Source: the human T2T-CHM13v2.0 reference genome, Homo sapiens. Taken from it: a stretch of DNA of 64,000 bases. The stretch lies in the NCBI RefSeq assembly GCF_009914755.1, contig NC_060933.1; one strand, written 5' to 3'. How positions within the stretch are numbered: position 1 is the first letter of the stretch; each line of letters opens with the position of its first letter. The notes beneath the pieces are model-generated. The model was not told where the DNA came from. It saw only the letters and a program-made list of their open reading frames with translations, and made no database searches. Made by a program: the position numbers and the translations under genes. This document shows positions 39,001 through 50,852 of this stretch, in pieces.

Positions 39001-42000
39001 CAACATTTTGGAAACACTCTTTTTGTAGAATCTGCAGGTGGATATTCGGATAGCTTTGAAGGTTTCGTTGGAAACGGGAATATCTTCATATAAAATCAAG
39101 AGAGAAGCATTCTCAGAAACTTCTCTGTGATGTTTGCATTCAACTCATAGAGGTGAACACTTCCCTTCATAGAGCAGGTTTGAAACACTCTTTTTGTAAT
39201 ATTTGGAAGTGGACATTTGCAGCGCTTTGAGGCCTATGTTGAAAAAGGAAATATCTTCTCCTAAAAACCAGACAGAAGCATTCTCAGAAACTTCCTTGTA
39301 ATGTGTGTACTCAAGTAACAGAGTTGAACCTTCCTTTTGACAGAGCCGTTTTGAAACACTCTTTTTGTAGAATCTGCAAGTAGATATTTGGATACCTTTG
39401 AGGATTTCTTTGGAAACGGGATATCTTCATATAAAATCTAGACAGAAGCATTCTCAGAAACTTCTTTGTGCTGTATGTCTTCAATTAACAGAGTTGAACC
39501 TTTGTTTGGATACAGCATTTTGGAAACGTTCCTTTAGTAGAATCTGCAAGTTGATATTTAGATAGCTAGGAAGATTTCCTTGGAAACGGGAATATCTTCA
39601 CATAAAATCTAGACGGAAGCATTCTCAGAAAGTGCTTTGTGATGTTTGCATTCAAGTCACAGAGTTGAATATTCCCTTTTATAGAGCAGGTTTGAAACAC
39701 TCTTTCTGCACTACCTGGAGGTGGACATTTAGAGCGCTTTGAGGCCTATGTTGAAAAAGGAAATATCTTCCCATAAAAACTAGACAGAAGCATTCTCAGA
39801 AACTTGTTTGTGATGTGTGTATTCAACTAACAGAGATGAACCTTTCTTTTTACAGAGCAGTTTTGAAACACTCTTTTTGTGGAATCTGAAAGTGGATATT
39901 TGGATAGCTTTGAGGATTTCGTTGGAAACGGGATTACATATAAAATCTAGAGAGAAGCATTCTCAGGAACTTCTTTGTGATGTTTGCATTCAAGTCACAG
40001 AACTGAACATTCCCTTTCATAGAGCAGGTTTGAAACACTCTTTCAGTAGTATCTGCAAGCGGACGTTTCAAGCAATTTCAGGCCTGTGGAGAAAAAGGAA
40101 ATATCTTCAAATAAAAACTAGACGGAAGCATTCTCAGAAACTTATTTGCGATGTGTGTCCTCAACTAACAGAGTTGAACCTTTGTTTTGATACAGCATTT
40201 TGGAAACACTCTTTTTGTAGGATCTGCAGGTGGATATTTGGATAGCTTTTAAGGTTTCGTTGGAAACGGGAATATCTTCATATAAAATCAAGACAGAAGC
40301 ATTCTCAGAAACTTCTCTGTGATGTTTGCATTCAACTCATAGAGTTGAAGACTTCCTTTCACAGAGCCGGTTTGAAACACTCTGTGCACTACCTGGAAGT
40401 GGACATTTGGAGCGCTTTGAGGCCTATGTTGAAAAAGGAAATATCTTCCCATAAAAACTAGACAGAAGCATTCTCAGAAACTTGTTTGTGATGTGTGTAT
40501 TCAACTAACAGAGATGAACTTTTCTTTTTACAGAGCAGTTTTGAAACACTCTTTTTGTGGAATCTGAAAGTGGATATTTGGATAGCTTTGAGGATTTCGT
40601 TGGAAACGGGATTACATATAGAATCTAGGGAGAAGCATTCTGAGGAACTTCTTTGTGATGTTTGCATTCAAGTCACAGAACTGAACATTCCCTTTCATAG
40701 AGCAGGTTTGAAACACTCTTTCTGTAGTATCTGCAAGCGGACGTTTCAAGCGCTTTCAGGCCTGTGGTGAAAAAGGAAATATCTTCAAATAAAAACTAGA
40801 CAGAAGCATTCTCAGAAACTTATTTGCGATGTGTGTTCTCAACTAACAGAGTTGAACCTTTGTTTTGATACAGCATTTTGGAAAAACTCTTTTTGTAGAA
40901 TCTGCAGGTGGATATTTGGATAGCTTTGAAGGTTTCGTTGGAAACGGGAATATCTTCATATAAAATCAAGACAGAAGCATTCTCAGAAACTTCTCTGTGA
41001 TGTTTGCATTCAACTCATAGAGTTGAACAATTCCTTTCATAGAGCTGGTTTGAAATACTCTTTTTGTAATATTTGGAAGTGGATATTGGCAGCGCTTTGA
41101 AGCGTATGGTGAAAAAGGAGATATCTTCTCCTAAATACCAGACAGAAGCATTCTCAGAATCTTTCTTGTGATGTGTGTACTCAAGTAACAGAGTTGAACC
41201 TTCCTTTTGACAGAGCAGTTTTGAAGCACTCTTTTTGTAGAATCTGCAAGTGGATATTTGGATACCTTTGAGGATTTCGTTGGACACGGGATATCTTCAT
41301 ATAAAATCTAGACAGAAGCATTCTCAGACACTTCTTTGTGCTGTATGTCTTCAATTAACAGAGTTGAACCTTTGTTTGGAAACAGCATTTTGGAAACGTT
41401 CCTTTAGTAGAATCTGCAAGTTGATATTTAGATAGCTAGGAAGATTTCCTTGGAAACGGGAATATCTTCACATAAAATCTAGACGGAAGCATTCTCAGAA
41501 AGTGCTTTGTGATGTTTGCATTCAAGTCACAGAGTTGAATATTGCCTTTTATAGAGCAGGTTTGAAACACTCTTTCTGCACTACCTGGAGGTGGACATTT
41601 AGAGCGCTTTGAGTCTTATGTTGAAAAAGGAAATATCTTCCCATAAAAACTAGACAGAAGCATTCTCAGAAACTTGTTTGTGATGTGTGTATTCAACTAA
41701 CAGAGATGAATCTTTCTTTTTACAGAGCAGTTTTGAAACACTCTTTTTGTGGAATCTGAAAGTGGATATTTGGATAGCTTTCAGGATTTCGTTGGAAACG
41801 GGATTACATATAAAACCTAGAGAGAAGGATTCTCAGGAACTTCTTTGTGATGTTTGCATTCACGTCACAGAACTGAACATTCCCTTTCATAGAGCATGTT
41901 TGAAACACTCTTTCTGTAGTATCTGCAAACGGACATTTCAAACGCTTTCAGGCCTATGGTGAGAAAGGAAATATCTTCAAATAAAAACTAGACAGAAGCA

Positions 42001-44044
42001 TTCTCAGAAACTTATTTGCGATGTGTGTCCTCAACTAACAGAGTTGAACCTTTCTTTTGATACAACATTTTGGAAACACTCTTTTTGTAGTATCTGCAAG
42101 TGGATATTTGGATAGCTTTGAAGGTTTCGTTGGAAACGGGAATATCTTCATATAAAATCAAGACAGAAGCATTCTCAGAAACTTCTCTGTGATGTTTGCA
42201 TTCAACTCATAGAGTTGAACACTTCCCTTCATACAGCAGGTTTGAAACACTCTTTTTGTAATATTTGGAAGTGGACATTTGCAGCGCTTTGAGGCCTATG
42301 ATGAAAAAGGTATTATCTTCCCATAAAAACTAGACAGAAGCATTCTCAGAAACTTGTTTGTGATGTGTGTATTCAACTAACAGAGATGAACCTTTCTTTT
42401 TACAGAGCAGTTTTGAAACACTCTTTTTGTGGAATCTGAAAGTGGATATTTGGATAGCTTTGCGGATTTCGTTGGAAACGGGATTACATATAAAATCTAG
42501 GGAGAAGCATTCTCAGGTACTTCTTTGTGATGTTTGCATTCAAGTCACAGAACTGAACATTCCCTTTCTTAGAGCAGGTTTGAAACACTCTTTCTGTAGT
42601 ATCTGCAAGCGGACGTTTTAAGCGCTTTCAGGCCTGTGGTGAGAAAGGAAATATCTTCAAATAAAAACTAGACAGAAGCATTCTCAGAAACTTATTTGCG
42701 ATGTGTGTCCTCAACTAACAGAGTTGAACCTTTCTTTTGATACAACATTTTGGAAACACTCTTTTTGTAGAATCTGCAAGTGGATATTTGGATAGCTTTG
42801 AAGGTTTCGTTGGAAACGGGAATATCTTCATATGAAATCAAGACAGAAGCATTCTCAGAAACTTCTCTGTGATGTTTGCATTCAACTCATAGAGTTGAAC
42901 ACTTCCCTTCATACAGCAGGTTTGAAACACTCTTTTTCTAATATTTGGAAGTGGACATTTGCAGCGCTTTGAGGCCTATGTTGAAAAAGGAAATATCTTC
43001 TCCTAAAAACCAGACAGAAGCATTCTCAGAAACTTCCTTGTGATGTGTGTACTCAAGTAACACAGTTGAACCTTCCTTTTGACAGAGCAGTTTTGAAGCA
43101 CTCTTTTTGTAGAATCTGCAAGTGGATATTTTGATACCTTTGAGGATATCGTTGGACACGGGATATCTTCATATAAAATCTAGACAGAAGCATTCTCAGA
43201 AACTTCTTTGTGCTGTATGTCCTCAATTAACAGAGTTGAACCTTTGTGTGGATACAGCATTTTGGAAACATTCCTTTAGTAGAATCTGGAAGTTGATATT
43301 TAGATAGCTAGGAAGATTTCCTTGGAAACGGGAATATCTTCATGTAAAATCAAGACAGAAGCATTCTCAGAAACTTCTCTGTGATGTTTGCATTCAACTC
43401 ACAGAGTTGAACACTTCCTTTCATAGAGCTGGTTTAAAATACTCTTTTTGTAATATTTGGAAGTGGACATTGTCAGCGCTTTGAAGCCTATGGTGAAAAA
43501 GGAGATATCTTCTCCTAAAAACCAGACAGAAGCATTCTCTGAATCTTTCTTGTGATGTGTGTACTCAAGTAACAGAGTTGAACCTTCATTTTGACAGAGC
43601 AGTTTTGAAGCACTCTTTTTGTAGAATCTGCAAGTGGATATTTTGATACCTTTGAGGATTTCGTTAGACACGGGATATCCTCATATAAAATCTAGACAGA
43701 AGCATTCTCAGAAACTTCTTTGTGCTGTATGTCCTCAGTTAACAGAGTTGAACCTTTGTGTGGATACAGCATTTTGGAAACATTCCTTTAGTAGAATCTG
43801 CAAGTTGATATTTAGATAGCTAGGAAGATTTCCTTGGAAACGGGAATATCTTCATATAAAATCTAGACGGAAGCATTCTCAGAAAGTGCTTTGTGATGTT
43901 TGCATTCAAGTCACAGAGTTGAATATTCCCTTTTATAGAGCAGGTTTGAAACACTCTTTCTGCACTACCTGGAAGTGGACATTTGGAGCGCTTTGAGGCC
44001 TATGTTGAAAAAGGAAATATCTTCCCATAAAAACTAGACAGAAG

Positions 44045-45916
44045 CATTCTCAGAAACTTGTTTGTGATGTGTGTATTCAACTAACAGAGATGAACCTTTC
44101 TTTTTACAGAGCAGTTTTGAAACACTCTTTTTGTGGAATCTGAAAGTGGATATTTGGATAGCTTTGAGGATTTCGTTGGAAACGGGATTACATATAAAAC
44201 CTAGAGAGAAGCATTCTCAGGAACTTCTTTGTGATGTTTGCATTCAAGTCAGAGAACTGAACATTCCCTTTCATAGAGCAGGTTTGAAACACTCTTTCTG
44301 TAGTATCTGCAAGCTGACGTTTCAAGCGCTTTCAGGCCTATGGTGAGAAAGGAAATATCTTCAAGTAAAAACTAGACAGAAGCATTCTCAGAAACTTATT
44401 TGCGATGTGTGTTCTCAACTAACAGAGTTGAACCTTTGTTTTGATACGGCATTTTGGAAACACTCTTTTTATAGAATCTGCAGGTGGATATTCGGATAGC
44501 TTTGAAGGTTTCGTTGGAAACGGGAATATCTTCATATAAAATGTAGACAGAAGCATTCTCAGAAACTTCTCTGTGATGTTTGCATTCAACTCATAGAGTT
44601 GAACACTTCCCTTCATACAGCAGGTTTGAAACACTCTTTTTGTAATATTTGGAAGTGGACATTTGCAGCGCTTTGAGGCCTGTGATGAAAAAGGTAATAT
44701 CTTCCCATAAAAACTAGACAGAAGCATTCTCAGAAACTTGTTTGTGATGTGTGTATTCAACTAACAGAGATGAACCTTTCTTTTTACAGAGCAGTTTTGA
44801 AACACTCTTTTTGTGGAATCTGAAAGTGGATATTTGGATAGCTTTGCGGATTTCGTTGGAAACGGGATTACATATAAAATCTAGGGAGAAGCATTCTCAG
44901 GAACTTCTTTGTGATGTTTGCATTCAAGTCACAGAACTGAACATTCCCTTTCATAGAGCAGGTTTGAAACACTCTTTCTGTAGTATCTGCAAGCGGACGT
45001 TTTAAGCGCTTTCAGGCCTGTGGTGAGAAAGGAAATATCTTCAAATAAAAACTAGACAGAAGCATTCTCAGAAACTTATTTGCGATGTGTGTCCTCAACT
45101 AACAGAGTTGAACCTTTCTTTTGATACAACATTTTGGAAACACTCTTTTTGTAGAATCTGCAAGTGGATATTTGGATAGCTTTGAAGGTTTCGTTGGAAA
45201 CGAGAATATCTTCATATGAAATCAAGACAGAAGCATTCTCAGAAACTTCTCTGTGATGTTTGCATTCAACTCATAGAGTTGAACACTTCCCTTCATACAG
45301 CAGGTTTGAAACACTCTTTTTCTAATATTTGGAAGTGGACATTTGCAGCGCTTTGAGGCCTATGTTGAAAAAGGAAATATCTTCTCCTAAAAACCAGACA
45401 GAAGCATTCTCAGAAACTTCCTTGTGATGTGTGTACTCAAGTAACACAGTTGAACCTTCCTTTTGACAGAGCAGTTTTGAAGCACTCTTTTTGTAGAATC
45501 TGCAAGTGGATATTTTGATACCTTTGAGGATTTCGTTGGACACGGGATATCTTCATATAAAATCTAGACAGAAGCATTCTCAGAAACTTCTTTGTGCTGT
45601 ATGTCCTCAATTAACAGAGTTGAACCTTTGTGTGGATACAGCATTTTGGAAACATTCCTTTAGTAGAATCTGCAAGTTGATATTTAGATAGCTAGGAAGA
45701 TTTCCTTGGAAACGGGAATATCTTCATATAAAATCTAGACGGAAGCATTCTCAGAAAGTGCTTTGTGATGTTTGCATTCAAGTCACAGAGTTGAATATTC
45801 CCTTTTATAGAGCAGGTTTGAAACACTCTTTCTGCACTACCTGGAAGTGGACATTTGGAGCGCTTTGAGGCCTATGTTGAAAAAGGAAATATCTTCCCAT
45901 AAAAACTAGACAGAAG
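44045..45916 (+). repeat. 11-mer HOR (4+7, 1872 bp), copy 1 of a tandem pair
   Basis: Anchors 44071, 44751, 45943; diagnostic AAATGTAGAC junction. Confidence 0.9.
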
Positions 45917-47788
45917 CATTCTCAGAAACTTGTTTGTGATGTGTGTATTCAACTAACAGAGATGAACCTTTCTTTTTACAGAGCAGTTTTGAAACACTCT
46001 TTTTGTGGAATCTGAAAGTGGATATTTGGATAGCTTTGAGGATTTCGTTGGAAACGGGATTACATATAAAACCTAGAGAGAAGCATTCTCAGGAACTTCT
46101 TTGTGATGTTTGCATTCAAGTCAGAGAACTGAACATTCCCTTTCATAGAGCAGGTTTGAAACACTCTTTCTGTAGTATCTGCAAGCTGACGTTTCAAGCG
46201 CTTTCAGGCCTATGGTGAGAAAGGAAATATCTTCAAGTAAAAACTAGACAGAAGCATTCTCAGAAACTTATTTGCGATGTGTGTTCTCAACTAACAGAGT
46301 TGAACCTTTGTTTTGATACGGCATTTTGGAAACACTCTTTTTATAGAATCTGCAGGTGGATATTCGGATAGCTTTGAAGGTTTCGTTGGAAACGGGAATA
46401 TCTTCATATAAAATGTAGACAGAAGCATTCTCAGAAACTTCTCTGTGATGTTTGCATTCAACTCATAGAGTTGAACACTTCCCTTCATACAGCAGGTTTG
46501 AAACACTCTTTTTGTAATATTTGGAAGTGGACATTTGCAGCGCTTTGAGGCCTGTGATGAAAAAGGTAATATCTTCCCATAAAAACTAGACAGAAGCATT
46601 CTCAGAAACTTGTTTGTGATGTGTGTATTCAACTAACAGAGATGAACCTTTCTTTTTACAGAGCAGTTTTGAAACACTCTTTTTGTGGAATCTGAAAGTG
46701 GATATTTGCATAGCTTTGCGGATTTCGTTGGAAACGGGATTACATATAAAATCTAGGGAGAAGCATTCTCAGGAACTTCTTTGTGATGTTTGCATTCAAG
46801 TCACAGAACTGAACATTCCCTTTCATAGAGCAGGTTTGAAACACTCTTTCTGTAGTATCTGCAAGCGGACGTTTTAAGCGCTTTCAGGCCTGTGGTGAGA
46901 AAGGAAATATCTTCAAATAAAAACTAGACAGAAGCATTCTCAGAAACTTATTTGCGATGTGTGTCCTCAACTAACAGAGTTGAACCTTTCTTTTGATACA
47001 ACATTTTGGAAACACTCTTTTTGTAGAATCTGCAAGTGGATATTTGGATAGCTTTGAAGGTTTCGTTGGAAACGAGAATATCTTCATATGAAATCAAGAC
47101 AGAAGCATTCTCAGAAACTTCTCTGTGATGTTTGCATTCAACTCATAGAGTTGAACACTTCCCTTCATACAGCAGGTTTGAAACACTCTTTTTCTAATAT
47201 TTGGAAGTGGACATTTTCAGCGCTTTGAGGCCTATGTTGAAAAAGGAAATATCTTCTCCTAAAAACCAGACAGAAGCATTCTCAGAAACTTCCTTGTGAT
47301 GTGTGTACTCAAGTAACAGAGTTGAACCTTCCTTTTGACAGAGCAGTTTTGAAGCACTCTTTTTGTAGAATCTGCAAGTGGATATTTTGATACCTTTGAG
47401 GATTTCGTTGGACACGGGATATCTTCATATAAAATCTAGACAGAAGCATTCTCAGAAACTTCTTTGTGCTGTATGTCCTCAATTAACAGAGTTGAACCTT
47501 TGTGTGGATACAGCATTTTGGAAACATTCCTTTAGTAGAATCTGCAAGTTGATATTTAGATAGCTAGGAAGATTTCCTTGGAAACGGGAATATCTTCATA
47601 TAAAATCTAGACGCAAGCATTCTCAGAAAGTGCTTTGTGATGTTCGCATTCAAGTCACAGAGTTGAATATTCCCTTTTATAGAGCAGGTTTGAAACACTC
47701 TTTCTGCACTACCTGGAAGTGGACATTTGGAGCGCTTTGAGGCCTATGTTGAAAAAGGAAATATCTTCCCATAAAAACTAGACAGAAG
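45917..47788 (+). repeat. 11-mer HOR (4+7, 1872 bp), copy 2 of a tandem pair
   Basis: Anchors 45943, 46623, 47815; same private variants as copy 1, including the identical 113-aa reverse ORF at +1872. Confidence 0.9.
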
Positions 47789-50700
47789 CATTCTCAGAAA
47801 CTTGTTTGTGATGTGTGTATTCAACTAACAGAGATGAACCTTTCTTTTTACAGAGCAGTTTTGAAACACTCTTTTTGTGGAATCTCAAAGTGGATATTTG
47901 GATAGCTTTGAGGATTTCCTTCGAAACGAGATTACATATAAAACCTAGAGAGAAGCATTCTCAGGAACTTCTTTGTGATGTTTGCATTCAAGTCACAGAA
48001 CTGAACATTCCCTTTCATAGAGCAGGTTTGAAACACTCTTTCTGTAGTATCTGCAAGCTGACGTTTCAAGCGCTTTCAGGCCTATGGTGAGAAAGGAAAT
48101 ATCTTCAAGTAAAAACTAGACAGAAGCATTCTCAGAAACTTATTTGCGATGTGTGTTCTCAACTAACAGAGTTGAACCTTTGTTTTGATATGGCATTTTG
48201 GAAACACTCTTTTTGTAGAATCTGCAGGTGGATATTCGGATAGCTTTGAAGGTTTCGTTGGAAACGGGAGTATCTTCATATAAAATCTAGACGGAAGCAT
48301 TCTCAGAAACTGCTTTGTGATGTTTTCATTCAAGTCACAGAGTAGAATGTTCCCTGTTATATACCAGGTTTGAGACACTCTTTCTGCACTACCTGGAAGT
48401 GGACATTTGGAGCGCTTTGAGGCCTATGATGAAAAAGGAAATATCTTCCCATAAAAACTAGACAGAAGCATTCTCAGAAACTTGTTTGTGATGTGTGTAT
48501 TCAACTAACAGAGATGAACCTTTCTTTTTACAGAGCAGTTTTGAAACACTCTTTTTGTGGAATCTGAAAGTGGATATTTGGATAGCTTTGAGGATTTCGT
48601 TGGAAACGGGATTACATATAAAATCTAGAGAGAAGCATTCTCAGGAACTTCTTTGTGATGTTTGCATTCACGTCACAGAACTGAACATTCCCTTTCATAG
48701 AGCATGTTTGAAACACTCTTTCTGTAGTTTCTGTAAACGAACATTTCAAACGCTTTCAGGCCTATGGTGAGAAAGGAAATATCTTCAAATAAAAACTAGA
48801 CAGAAGCATTCTCAGAAACTTATTTGCGATGTGTGTCCTCAACTAACAGAGTTGAACCTTTCTTTTGATACAACATTTTGGAAACACTCTTTTTGTAGAA
48901 TCTGCAAGTGGATATTTGGATAGCTTTGAAGGTTTCGTTGGAAACGGGAATATCTTCATATAAAATCAAGACAGAAGCATTCTCAGAAACTTCTCTGTGA
49001 TGTTTGCATTCAACTCATAGAGTTGAACACTTCCCTTCATACAGCAGGTTTGAAACACTCTTTTTGTAATATTTGGAAGTGGACATTTGCAGCGCTTTGA
49101 GGCCTATGATGAAAAAGGTAATATCTTCCCATAAAAACTAGACAGAAGCATTCTCAGAAACTTGTTTGTGATGTGTGTATTCAACTAACAGAGATGAACC
49201 TTTCTTTTTACAGAGCAGTTTTGAAACACTCTTTTTGTGGAATCTGAAAGTGGATATTTGGATAGCTTTGCGGATTTCGTTGGAAACGGGATTACATATA
49301 AAATCTAGGGAGAAGCATTCTCAGGAACTTCTTTGTGATGTTTGCATTCAAGTCACAGAACTGAACATTCCCTTTCATAGAGCAGGTTTGAAACACTCTT
49401 TCTGTAGTATCTGCAAGCGGACGTTTTAAGCGCTTTCAGGCCTGTGGTGAGAAAGGAAATATCTTCAAATAAAAACTAGACAGAAGCATTCTCAGAAACT
49501 TATTTGCGATGTGTGTCCTCAACTAACAGAGTTGAACCTTTCTTTTGATACAACATTTTGGAAACACTCTTTTTGTAGAATCTGCAAGTGGATATTTGGA
49601 TAGCTTTGAAGGTTTCGTTGGAAACGGGAATATCTTCATATGAAATCAAGACAGAAGCATTCTCAGAAACTTCTCTGTGATGTTTGCATTCAACTCATAG
49701 AGTTGAACACTTCCCTTCATACAGCAGGTTTGAAACACTCTTTTTCTAATATTTGGAAGTGGACATTTGCAGCGCTTTGAGGCCTATGTTGAAAAAGGAA
49801 ATATCTTCTCCTAAAAACCAGACAGAAGCATTCTCAGAAACTTCCTTGTGATGTGTGTACTCAAGTAACAGAGTTGAACCTTCCTTTTGACAGAGCAGTT
49901 TTGAAGCACTCTTTTTGTAGAATCTGCAAGTGGATATTTTGATACCTTTGAGGATTTCGTTGGACACGGGATATCTTCATATAAAATCTAGACAGAAGCA
50001 TTCTCAGAAACTTCTTTGTGCTGTATGTCCTCAATTAACAGAGTTGAACCTTTGTGTGGATACAGCATTTTGGAAACATTCCTTTAGTAGAATCTGCAAG
50101 TTGATATTTAGATAGCTAGGAAGATTTCCTTGGAAATGGGAATATCTTCATGTAAAATCAAGACAGAAGCATTCTCAGAAACTTCTCTGTGATGTTTGCA
50201 TTCAACTCACAGAGTTGAACACTTCCTTTCATAGAGCTGGTTTGAAATACTCTTTTTGTAATATTTGGAAGTGGACATTGGCAGCGCTTTGAAGCCTATG
50301 GTGAAAAAGGAGATATCTTCTCCTAAAAACCAGACAGAGGCATTCTCAGAATCTTTCTTGTGATGTGTGTACTCAAGTAACAGAGTTGAACCTTCATTTT
50401 GACAGAGCAGTTTTGAAGCACTCTTTTTGTAGAATCTGCAAGTGGATATTTTGATACATTTGAGGATTTCGTTAGACACGGGATATCTTCATATAAAATC
50501 TAGACAGAAGCATTCTCAGAAACTTCTTTGTGCTGTATGTCCTCAATTAACAGAGTTGAACCTTTGTGTGGATACAGCATTTTGGAAACATTCCTTTAGT
50601 AGAATCTGCAAGTTGATATTTAGATAGCTACGAAGATTTCCTTGGAAACGGGAATATCTTCATATAAAATCTAGACGGAAGCATTCTCAGAAAGTGCTTT

Positions 50701-50852
50701 GTGATGTTTGCATTCAAGTCACAGAGTTGAATATTCCCTTTTATAGAGCAGGTTTGAAACACTCTTTCTGCACTACCTGGAAGTGGACATTTGGAGCGCT
50801 TTGAGGCCTATGTTGAAAAAGGAAATATCTTCCCATAAAAACTAGACAGAAG
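47789..50852 (+). repeat. 18-mer HOR (4+4+10, 3064 bp)
   Basis: Anchors 47815, 48495, 49175, 50879. Confidence 0.9.

Larger units (their letters stand above)
1..42340 (+). repeat. Irregular, more diverged HOR layer: mosaic of 7-mers (1186-1192 bp) and 4-mers (672-680 bp)
   Basis: Class-A monomer spacing from the ORF track (908, 3284, 4474, 5152, 6344, 7024, 8214, 8892, 10084...) mixes 7- and 4-monomer steps without a fixed period. Many private SNVs, 2-6 bp deletions and hybrid monomers are visible. Confidence 0.85.
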
